A stretch of DNA of 64,000 nucleotides from Camelus dromedarius (lineage: Eukaryota). The stretch covers positions 121,212,001 through 121,276,000 of the forward strand of contig NC_087436.1 in NCBI RefSeq assembly GCF_036321535.1, in the 5' to 3' direction. Position 1 is the stretch's first letter; each line of letters opens with the position of its first letter. The translations under genes and the position numbers were made by a program. This document shows positions 39,001 to 49,898 of this stretch, piece after piece. Below the pieces are notes generated by a model. It worked only from the letters and a program-made list of their open reading frames with translations. It searched no databases and was not told the origin of the DNA.

Positions 39001-39852
39001 GAAACACTCCCAGCACTAAGCACTAGTGTATGCATGCCCCTGAGTTAACAGAATCTTAAAGAGTATTAAGATAATTTCCTGCGTGAATAGTTTAAAGAGG
39101 AAACTAGCATGTGAAAGACTAAAGTAAGAAAAACTTCTAAGTTAGATCCCCCTAGAAATAGCAAAATAGCAAACTAAGAAATAGGTAAAAAGAGCTGGTT
39201 TTGAACTAGTGTAGATTTCATCCCAGATAATGTGAATTCCTAAATTGCCCAGAGTGTCCCAGAGGCGAGCCAGAGGCTGGAAGGAGCGAGCCAGGTAATC
39301 AGGCGGCTGCACCCGGAGTCTCAGGTCTAGCTGGGGCCCTGCCTGCCTCTGACACTCAAACTCAGCATCAGAGGGACCGCAAAGCCCCCCCTGCGCTCCC
39401 TCTCCCGTCCCGCGCCCCGTCTCCCACCCGGAGAAACTCCAGGCCTCAGCGCCCCCTGCTGTCCAGGCCTGGCACTGCCAGCCCCCGCCAACTGTACCTG
39501 CCCATCTCAGGTAGGAGGCACCAGCACAGGCCACAGCCCGTGAAGGAGTGAGCTCATGGAGGAACCCCAGCGAACAGTCTGCAGGATCAGCCCAGCTCCC
39601 AGCACAGCACGGCTCCACACCAGGCTCGGGGGCAGAGTTCCCTTTTAGGTCTGTGCCGTTCAGCTCAGCGGGACCCCTGCACCTGGGTCCCCCAGATGGC
39701 CTTGGCTCGGCACCTTGAAGACATCTCACAAGTGCTAAGACCTCTTTCTGTGGCTGACTGGACACACTGAGGGCAGAGGACACCCTTCCTACCCAGCCCC
39801 TCGGGTCACTACCCACCACGTCACGACCAAAACACACAAACTCACCTCTGAC

Positions 39853-39866
39853 GTTTCCATAGCAAC
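39853..39866. promoter_or_regulatory. RFX X-box motif flanked by CRE-like sites
   Basis: GTTTCCATAGCAAC is a near-palindromic 14-bp X-box. TGACGT at 39849-39854 and CCACGTCA at 39816-39823. Confidence 0.5.
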
Positions 39867-40059
39867 ATCTCATCCTCTGACCTCCACCTCCTGTCTCGAG
39901 AGCCCTTCAAAGGGGACCCCAGCCCACAAGGACCTTCCCCTCCCCACACACCCTTGGTCCCTGGGCCCAGTTCCCCTCTCAGGCCCACCAGCGAAGCCCT
40001 AACCCTGGTGGTCAGCACTGCCCACTCCAGCAGTCCCAGGGCTGGAGGAGACACTGACC

Positions 40060-43000
40060 ACGCCCATCACTTTTATTGAAAGTAGCACAAATTCCGAAAA
40101 AAGCACAAGCGGAATACAGTGGTTTATCACAGAGGGGAGCCCACATAGCCCCTGCCAGGTCACAAGGAAAAGCGTAACCACGTTCCACTTCTCTCCACAG
40201 TCCTACACGGGACGCACCACCAAAAGCCACGGCGGCACGAATGGAACCGTGCAGACATGTTCTTCTGCATCTACCTTCTGTCTGGGACCTCGGTCCATGT
40301 TACGAGGCAGCCGCAGAGACTTCCAGTACCCGAGTCAGTCTGTCCTGAACTCTCGCGCACTTCTCCTGGCACGTGCACACGACACTTGTCTCATTGCATG
40401 GCTGACGGCCCTGCTCGCACTCCAGGGACGTGCGTTGGGGTGAAGCAGGTTCCGAGCATTCGCCAAGTCAGAGTCAGTCCTGCCCTTTGTGGTCAGCGCT
40501 TTTTGTGCTCAGCTTAAAAAGTCGCTCCCTCCCCAACCATGAAGACGTGCGACTACTGTGCCCTCTACTGGCTCTGTGCCGCCAGTCGGATCTGCGATGA
40601 CTGCGTGCACGGCACGGGGGAGAGTCGGGGGGAGAGTCGAGCTCTTTCTCTCTTTTTCCATGGAGACCTCCACTTATTCCAGCACCACCATCCCTGCTCG
40701 GCGCTCACAGCCCGAGGGTCCGCGGTGGCTGCGTCTGTCTGGGCTCTCTCTGCTACTCCACGTCTGTCTGTCTATCCGTGTGCCACCTCTTACATTTTAC
40801 ATCACTCTAACTTGATCATAAATTCCAACAGCTGACCAAAAAAGTCTTCCTATCTATTCTTCTTCAAGAGTATCTTGGCTACACTTTGCCCTTCGCATTT
40901 CTAGGAAATTTCTGGAATCACCTTAAGCTCCAAAAACCACCTGTTGGGATTTTCATTAAAATTATATTGAATCTATGTCATTTTCTAACTGCATCCACAA
41001 CTGATTTTTGTATATTGACCATATAACCAGCAATCTTGCTAAACTTATTCCTTAATTTTAATAATAAATCCATAGATTCTTTTGGATTTTCCATGTTACA
41101 ATCACACCATGTGAGAATGATAACACTGCATTTTCCTTTGCAAGTTTTTTAACTTCTTTTGTCTTCCTTTCTCAGTATGCTGACTAGGACCTGCAGTAAA
41201 CACTTACACACAAGAGGTAACCGCAGACACCTTTCCTCGCTCCTGATCTCAAAGGGAAAGCTGAAGTCTGAAGACGCTACAGGCTGCCTTACGCCCTTAT
41301 CAGATTAAGGAAGCTCCCCTTACTCCCTATTTTGTTGAGCTTTTCTTCCCCCAAGAATAGATACTGAATTTTACCAAATGCCTTTCCTGCTTCTGTTGCG
41401 ATGACATATGATTTTTTTATTTTATTAATGTGGTAAATTACACTGTCTGATTTTCAAAAGTTAAAAAAATACTGTGTCCTTGGAACAAACATGAACATCG
41501 GGACCCAGGCGACCTGCTGGGGTTTAGGACCGCCCACCCACGCTCAGCGGTGAGCCTCCGAAACCCTGCCTTCCTCTGCCGTGTCTGCAGGTGCTGGAGC
41601 CAGGGCTTGGGAGGCCTTACACAGGGAGCTGGAAAGTCACCCTTCTTTGCTGACTCCTCGATGGTTTGTTTGTTAGGTCTCTGTCTCACTAACTCCTGCT
41701 CTGCCCTTCACTGCTGTCCAGCTTCTACTGACTTTGTGTCTGTTTTACAGCAATTTTTCTATCCTTTCCACTATCCTTCATTTCTTTTTTTATTTTAGCT
41801 AATTTTTTAGTATTTTCTTTTTTTTAAATAATTATATATATTTGGTTTTCTTTTTATTTATTTTGTGTTTGTTTTGGCGGAGGTTATTAGGTTTATTTAT
41901 TTATTTTGATGGAGGCACTGGGGATGGAACCCAGGACCTCGTGTGTGCTAGGCACGTGCTCTACTGCTGAGCTGTGCCCTCCCCGCCACTTCCCTTCATT
42001 TCTAACACATGCATCGTAAAGCCACGGGCGGTCCTACGCACAGGATTAGCTGAATTCTCATTCCACTCAGCATGTTCTGGCTTCCAAAGTGACTCTTCTG
42101 ACTCTGGGTCGCCCAGCAGCTGGCCCAGGGCTGCAGCGCCTGCTCTTTGCCGCTGGTTCTGGCTACACCTGCCTGTGGTCAGGACAGGCTCCGGGTGGGG
42201 AGATGTCCTTATTTGTTGAGACCTGCTTACGGCCCAGCAAGTGGTCAGCCTCCGTCCAAGTTCCAAGGGTGGGAGGGACGCGTCATCGAGCTCAGCGCCA
42301 CCTGGAAGGCCGGCAGGCCAAGTGGTCCAGATCGCCTAGCTCTGACCGAGCTTTCCCTGTCAGGTCCACCAGTTACTGAGCAGGGAGTTTAAGAATCTCC
42401 TGCTGTGAGTACAGGTTGGCCCGTTTCTGTCCCCACTTCTGCCCATTTTTGCTGTAGCATGTTGAGACTGTGTCGCTGAACAGATGCAGATTAGAGCTGT
42501 ACCTTCCTGCCGCCTTTACCGTGGCAAAGGCTCGTCTCTCGGAGGACACACACAGCTGCGTTGCCACCCCTCCGACTGGTACCACGCGGTGTCCTCTGCT
42601 CTTGTATTCACATTTCCGTCTCCTTAAATCTTAGTTGTGCCCCGAGTAAGCAGCATGACCAGATTTTTAATGCCGTCTGACAGCCTTCCCTTTTTCACTG
42701 GAATATCTGATTCCTTTACCGTGGATGTGACCACTGGCACAGCTGGCCTTGACCCCATAATGGCAGGGTTCTTCATGATCTCTACCCTCCGACCCCCCTT
42801 CCCTCCTCTCTCACCTTCTTTCAAATTCAACATTTTTTATTATTCCATTTTTCCTTCTATTAATTTAAAATTTAGCCATTATTTTACTGTCTTAGGTTGC
42901 TCTGGAGATTACACTGTGCATCCTTCTCTTATAAAAATCACATTTTATTACACCTTCCTCCTCTCCCTCGCCCAGGTAAGCACCCGGAAACACCGAACTC

Positions 43001-43100
43001 CATTTACCTCCGTCCCCGTGCTCACTCGCTGCTGTGGTGTCATTTAATTTTACATATTTTTAAACCAAACAAAACAGAGTTAGTTCTGCTTTACACAGTC
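40060..43100 (-). mobile_element. Decayed old L1 fragments
   Basis: Antisense L1 ORF2-type motifs (GTTGGGATTTTCATTAAAATTATATTGAATCT, GATTTTTGTATATTGACC, TCCTGATCTCAAAGGGAAAGCT). Confidence 0.7.
41786..41985 (-). mobile_element. tRNA-derived SINE (vic-1-like) with TSD, nested in an old L1
   Basis: Same family head and tail. Flanking repeats CCACTATCCTTCATTTCT (41768-41785) and CCACTTCCCTTCATTTCT (41986-42003). Confidence 0.88.
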
Positions 43101-44009
43101 ACAGCTCATTAGGATTGACCTGATACACTGGCTATTTATCACCCTGCTACGCGCAGGTCCTTACCAGGTCCTCCTCACCCCACTGTTTAGATGGCCCCAG
43201 TCTGAGTCTGCTCCAGGGAGCTCAACCCAAGACCCTGGTATCTCGAGCACTCCAGAAAGTGGGCTGGAAACTGGACTTGTGCAGTGGAGCTGGGCAGGGT
43301 GACTATGACTAGCAGGCCCAGGATGACTGAGGACCGTTAAAGGCAAGATGTGAAAGCCAGAGCCTCTGGGAGGGGCCCAGGCACGGTTGTGAGGACCAGG
43401 AGTGGGGATGTCTCACACCTGCTGAAGAGATGGAGACAGTCAGGGAGAGACAGGAGGTGTCAGCCTGTCCTCAGTTAGCCTGCCAGTGACAGCAGACCCC
43501 TGGCTGTTTGTCATGAGGACAGGGAACGTGACTGCAGGGCCTGGGGGCTGGTCCCAAGCCACCGCTAAACCTCTCGGGGCTCAGGCCCCTGAAGAGACCC
43601 TTCTCCCAGGAAAACGCAGAGACAACGCCTGGCGAAACTCCTGAAGGGAGAACGCAGGTGGGGCTGAGACCCCCTGCCGGAGGGACCCCAGAGCCCTGGG
43701 CCCCATGGGCAGGGTTCCTTCCCCTGCCCGGGACCCACTCCAGCCACCCACCCTGTCCACACACCCCACCCAGCCCTGCAACCCGCACCCAGACTCTCTG
43801 AAAACCCTCCGAATGAGTCCCCCTTCTCTCCTCTGGAAAAGGAGGTGAATCCGAGGCCCTTCCAGCTCTAACAGCCAATGATTCCAATTCTGCATCAGAA
43901 CACAAATTAACATACTGTTTTACACTCCCCCGCAAAAAAACAGTCAATTTATTCCAGATAATTGTTATTGTGTCTGTAAGAAATATCTCACAGTTAACTT
44001 TTAAAACAT

Positions 44010-44470
44010 CACTGAACTCAGACAGATGTCTGTACACTTGTATTCAAAGCGGCAGCATCCACATCAGGCAGAGGTGGGGCCACCCCAGAGTCCATCACAG
44101 ACAAACGGGCAAACAGGACATGGTCCAGCCACACAGTGGAGTATTATTCAGCCTTTAAAAGGAAGAAAATTCTGACACCTGCTACAACCTGGGTGAACCG
44201 TGAAGTTACTGTGCTCAGTGAAAAAAGCCAGACACACAAGGACAAATAGCGTATGATTAGATGAGACCAGTCAAGTTCATAGAGACAGAAAGTCAGATGC
44301 TGAGAGCCAGAGGCCAGGGAGGGGCCTGGGGCATGAGTTTCAGCCGGGGAGGACGGAAGAGCTCTGGAGCTGATGGCAGACAGTTGCAAACGATGTGCAC
44401 GTACTTACTGCCACTGAACTGGACACTTAAAATGGTAAATTTTATATTATATTTTACTGCAATTAAAAAA
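44010..44470 (+). mobile_element. L1MB-like 3'UTR
   Basis: ATTCAGCCTTTAAAAGGAAGAAAATTCTGACACCTGCTACAACCTGGGTGAACC...ACTGAACTGGACACTTAAAATGGTAAATTTTAT plus A tail. Confidence 0.85.
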
Positions 44471-44499
44471 ATATATAAAAACGTCCTAAACAAACATAG

Positions 44500-45670
44500 A
44501 CATTAGTCACAGAGAAGATCTTCAAAACATTTCTCTGACCAAGGATCTGTACCCAAAATATATTAAAAAAGAAAATTGCTATAAAATCTATTTTTAAAGT
44601 AATAAAATAAATTAAATAAAAAATTTTAGAACTAGGAGAAGGATATGTATAGGCTACTAATTCAAAAAGGAAAACACTTGAATAGACAAAGAACCCATGA
44701 TGTGATGCTCAACCTCACTCACAGTCAGTGAAATGCAGATTCAAACAAGCTGGCATTTTACTGGAACAGGGACAAATTCAAGATTAACAGTACCAAGCGT
44801 TGGTGAGCAGGAGGTCACAGGGACCCATGTCCTGCTGGTGACCAGAGCCTGAGTGGCGCTCGGCCGTGCCTGTCGCAGCCTCCTTGCTCCTGGATCACTG
44901 CCCACAGCCCCGGGTGGGTGCAAGGACACCTGTGTGGCAGTGTCCACGGAAGCTCCGCTCAGAGATGGCTGTTCCCACCTTCCACCGAGTGCCCGGTAAC
45001 AGCAGAGTAGATAAAAAACTGTGGCATAGACATAATGAAATGCCACATAACAAGTAAAATAACTAAAACTACAAGGTATATAAAAACAGATTTAAAGAAC
45101 AAGTTTCTTCTGTATAGCACAAGGAGCTATATTCAATATCTTGCAGTAACCTATAACAAAAAAGAATATGAAAACGAACATATGTATGTGTATGTACAAC
45201 TGAAGCACGACGCTGTGCACCAGAAATTGACATTATAACTGACTAGACTTCAATTTGAAAAAATTACAAGGCAAATCTTGAAAATATACTACAACGTTTT
45301 TAAAATGGCAGAATAAGACATACAGTAGGATTACACCCGTGTAAAATGTTAGAACATACAAAACGAGCCAGTGAAAGGACCGTGGATCCCAGGGGTTCAG
45401 GGCAAGCAGGGAGGGTGCACAGGGAAGCCCAGAGGATTTCAGGGTGTGAATGCTCTGGGTAACAAGGCAGCGGTGGCTGCGTGAGCTTACACATTGTCCA
45501 AGCCTTCAGGATACGCAGTACAGAGAGGGACCTGTCTCGCAAGCTATGAACGTAGGCTGATGATAACATACCAGTGCACCGCACCAGGGCACCAGGGAAC
45601 TCTCTGTGCCTCCTGCTTAACTTTTCTTCAAACCTAAAGCTGCTCTAAGAGTTAAGTCTATTAACTTTTG
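44500..45670 (+). mobile_element. Old L1 3' fragments with a nested younger L1 3' end (45077-45259)
   Basis: The nested piece CTGTATAGCACAAGGAGCTATATTCAATATCTTGCAGTAACCTATAA...CTTCAATT is flanked by AAAACTACAAGG (45065-45076) and AAAATTACAAGG (45260-45271). Confidence 0.75.
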
Positions 45671-45754
45671 AAGGGCTATAGATCAAAGAAAAGGACCACA
45701 CAAAATGATGCTCTCAGTAGCTATGGATCAATACTACATCTTTAAAAGGGAGTA

Positions 45755-46372
45755 TGAAACAGAGCAGGACCCCTCCCGGCCTTCCTTTACAGACCCTCCT
45801 AGTGTCCCCTTCCTCTTGAAAAGCTTTAGCCTCCTAGGCCTTACCCAAGAGCAAATTTAACCAGACAAGTGAGAAAATGCAGAAACAGAGGAAACAGTCA
45901 AGCAAGACAAATAGAAATAGTTTAGCCATAAAACAGAGTCAAGGACCTTCAGCTCCTCCTCAAAGTCTGTAGATAACACCCTGATTCATATCTTTGTTCT
46001 GCAGAAACTGAAGCCCTCACCAGGTGGAAGAAGCTAACTGCACGCTGATCACCAGCACACAGAGCCCAGACTGGTTGGAACCAGAAGGCTGGCAATCGAG
46101 GTTCCCGACACATCACCCTGTTACCTCCCCACCAACCAGCCAGAGAATTGTGCATGAGCTCATCACACACCCTGGGACCCCCTCCCTCACACTGCCTTTC
46201 AAAGCCCTTCCCTGAAGGCCTTTGGGGAGTTGGGGTCTTTTGAGCATGAGCTGCCCGTTCTCCTTGCTGGATGCCCTGCAATAAAGGCTGCACTTTCCTT
46301 CACCACAGCCTGGTGTCAGGAGATGGCTTTCCTGTGTGCTGGGCCAACAGACCCAAGTTTGGTTCAGTCACA
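45755..46372 (+). mobile_element. Solo ERV LTR (ERV1-like)
   Basis: TGAAACAGAGCAGGACCC...GGTTCAGTCACA (TG..CA ends), AATAAA at 46280-46285, U3/R/U5-like layout. TSD is degenerate. Confidence 0.8.
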
Positions 46373-46696
46373 GCGAATGACAGGCCCCCTAGAGAGTTCC
46401 TGTGAAGGTTAAACTAGTTCACATCCCAAAGTGTCTATGAGAGCGTCTGGCTCGTAAGAGAATAGGGGACATAGCACAATGCCGTGCAGACAGTGGAGTG
46501 GAGGAAAAGGGTTGGGGACACGGGGTGGGGGAAGGGCCAGGGGTGAGCAGAAGCCCCACTTGAAGACTGAGGTCACAAGAGGGAGGGGGGAGTAGGATCA
46601 GGGTGGGGTTCAAAGCAGATTCAGCTGTGTCTGCAAGATTGCTTTTCATTTTTAAAAACCAGGAGAATAAAAGAAGCAAAACTAAAAAGAAGTTAC

Positions 46697-46813
46697 CTCG
46701 AGATCATCAAGGGAGCGGGTGATGCTCAGCCTCCTGGCCCTCCCGAAAGATCTCCGAGCAGAGGCGCGCTGAGGTGGCAGGGCCAGCCCAAGGCCCCGCC
46801 CAAACTTTGAGCC
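46697..46813 (-). CDS. RGS12: RGS12 117-nt coding exon (GSKFGRGLGLALPPQRASARRSFGRARRLSITRSLDDLE)
   Basis: Manual translation, missing from the ORF track in this frame. Acceptor tttttctttgtgtttag|GGC, donor GAG|GTAACT, phase 0/0. Matches the RGS12 linker GSKFGRG...SITRSLDDLE. Confidence 0.95.
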
Positions 46814-46941
46814 CTAAACACAAAGAAAAAGATGTCATTACCTTCTTGGGAGGAGACTTGAGTTCTGCCTGACGCATGGCCTGGAGGAATCGGGGCCTCC
46901 AGATCGTCCAGGTCAAGGTCACCACAACAGAAAACACAAAC

Positions 46942-47076
46942 TTGAAAAAAAAGAATCATCCTGGGATCCCCAAGCACTTGCTGTGCTGCTTCCAACTGTG
47001 TGTCCCAGAGAGCAACCCTAGCCTCGAAGTCCACGTCCCAGGGCAACGGGAAAGCACGAGAGGGTGGGGGAATCAT
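46942..47076 (-). CDS. RGS12: Candidate alternative first coding exon (MIPPPSRAFPLPWDVDFEARVALWDTQLEAAQQVLGDPRMILFFQ) spliced to the 117-nt exon
   Basis: 45 codons from ATG 47076 to donor CAA|GTTTGT (phase 0). 128-nt GT-AG intron 46814-46941, in frame with GSKFGRG. Donor and Kozak context are only moderate. Confidence 0.45.
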
Positions 47077-49898
47077 TAGTGAGATAAAGACTGGTTTTCA
47101 GCAGGCTCCTGCTGGCACATAATTTTATAAGCATTTTAGGAAACTAAAGAATCCCTAGACATTCAGCTGGTGTCTGAAGACCAAACCAATGCAAGTGCAC
47201 GAAATAACCAGCCATTAAACATCTTATTCTTTGTTCGGGAAATGACCGGAATTAATCCACTGTCATTATGCCAGACACCTCCACAAATGTGGTCTTGGTT
47301 CCAGCTAATAAATCATCACACTTTAAAAATAAAAAGCATCACAGCTGAAAATCTTTGATTTCCAGGGGACCTGAAATCCTGAGTGACCAACCAGGCACAA
47401 AGGACGTGCCATGTTTTCTAAAGACTAGCAAGTGGAGGGCTCTCCCTGCCCCCCCCCCACCTGCAGAAGGGCCCGGGCATCCTGCAGAAAGGGGAAACCT
47501 TGCGGCACTTCCTTGTAAAGCTCTCTAGGCTAAGTTTCTGCACCACGACCCCGCAGGCGCTCACCCCCCCCACCCCATTAGCGCACCTGTTACCCACCCT
47601 TCCGCAGGAAAGCACCTGCCCCCAAGCCCCTGGCCGCCTGCTGCCTGCGGACGGACGAGCCCCGCAGCTGCCCTACTGACACTCCTGACACCGCCACGGA
47701 GGAGCCCTCAGCGCCGGGACTGCCTTCTCTTCTACCCTCTTCTCCCAACAGCCCTCTTCCCAGGCTCCCTCCATCCTGCCCTCGCCCAGCAGGCTCTCCT
47801 CAGGCCACGGTGCATGGGCAGCGCTGTGCTCCAGGGACAAGCCGACAAATCGCCACTGAGGCAGCACCCCTGCCGGCACCCCCAAACAGAACTGAACAGG
47901 GGCGATTAAGATCAAAATGGCCTAAAAATCAGCTTTCTTCAAAGCCAACTCGACTTTTTAAATTGCACACAACTCATCACAACTGCTTGTGAAGGCAAGG
48001 GGGTGACACCAGGCCCCCGCCTGAGGCTGCTGCGCCCCAACGCCCAGAGGCACTGGTGGGGCCAAGTCCCCCTCACCGCCCGCAAGTGCCTCCCAGGAGG
48101 CCGACCCCCGGCATCGAGGACACAACCTGGATGGCAGGGTGGACTTCAGTGTGTGGCCCTCCCCACTCCTGGACCCTGCTCAGGACTGTCACCTCAAACC
48201 AAGAAGGGCCGCGGGCCCCGCAGGGATGCCTTCATTGGCCACAGACGAGGCCAAGGGAGGAGAAACAGCAGAACCTGGGTCGGCTGACGGCTGCCCACTG
48301 CCTAGGGTGCCAGTCCAGCCTCCTCAAGCACAGATGAGAACCCTCAGCCCGGGCGGGGCCTGCTCGGGGTCACGCGGCTGGAGGCAGTCAGGGCCAGACC
48401 CCGGTCGCGCCCCACGACAGTCAGAGCTAGAAACGCCTGACCTGAAGCCTGCAAGCACTGGACCAGGAGCCCCAGCGGGGCGAGGGCTGTGCCCCCAAGC
48501 CCCGAGCACCTGGCGCACAGCAGGCGCTCGCTGAGCAAACTCCAGCCAGGGAGGATGCTTAGCTTAAGGCAGAGGCCAGATCATCCGGAGGTTTTTCCAA
48601 GAGAATTTGAGGAGTAAGACGTCCAGCCAACACACTCACTCCTCCCACTATACTGTCAGAAGGCAGAACCACACCAGTTGTTTTAAGAGAGAATTTCATA
48701 TAAGGAACTGCAAACCAGGTATCGAGAACTGAAAAGGTAAAAAGAGACCCCAGGATGGCGGTGGGGGGCCTGCACCCCTGGGGCTGGGGCAGCACAGGAG
48801 AGGAGAAGGGTTTAAATTCTGCGCCAGATGCAACGTGGGTGGTGCTGGGACCCGAACCTCGGACCTCAGAGTGGGCAGGGTGACAGCTGGTGTCTGGGGG
48901 GCAATGAGGCCCCAGAGAGATGAGGAAACAGCAAACTGGACTCAAGCACAGTACCAGGAGGAACTGCAAGACCCCCTTCCCCTTTTCCCACCCATCCCCT
49001 GGGAGCAGAGCCTGACAGGGACCCACCTGGCAAGGGGAAGGGGGCACAGACTTCCCACCAGAGCTGATCACGGAGGCGGCCTGAGCTGAACGACAAGCAC
49101 AACCTCTGAAACTTGTTCCCACAAAACACTGAACGTCAGGAAGAATGCTAAGCCCCAAATCAAAACGGCTTCAGAATCAACAAAATTCCATCTCCAACAG
49201 AAAACTAGACAGTGTGGAAGTGACTGTGGAGAGACGTGTGGAGCTGAAGGAAGGGGCTCCTCGCCACACAGAGTCGCCCTCTTGAGAACGAAGCAGAGCC
49301 TGGGTCTCCTGCGCAAGAAAGAAAAGGGCGAATATACAGGAAAGGACGTTCAGATCGGGACAGAAAATCAAGGAATATGTTTGCTTATTCAGCAAATACC
49401 TAAGTGCCAGGCAGTCACTGAGGATGAAAACCTTTAAAAGATAGAACAAGGTGGGCGGCATAACTTTCAAGCCAATAAAGAAGGTGATGAACAAAGCTAG
49501 CAAACCAACAGCCTTGAAAACAAAACACACCAACAAAGGCAGGACAGCACAGGGAGAGGGCGAGGCCCTAGAAAAGACAGATTGACAGAAAGTACACAGT
49601 AACACCACGGAACCAAGACTCCACATGCCAGTAATCCCAATAAATACACATGGACTAAACTTGCCAATTTATTCTGATCTTACTCTTGAACTATCAGAAT
49701 GTCAAACTGGATCAGGAAAGATATCCCACTATCTACCACTTCTGGTAGCAATCCTAGCACATGGAGAACTGGAAAAGTTTAAACAAAATGACAGAAAATT
49801 CTGACTCAGAGAAAGCTCATGTAGCTATATTAATAACAGACAAAACAAATTTCATCTCTTAATAGGATTTTTTAAATAAAAGATTCAATATGCCAAAA

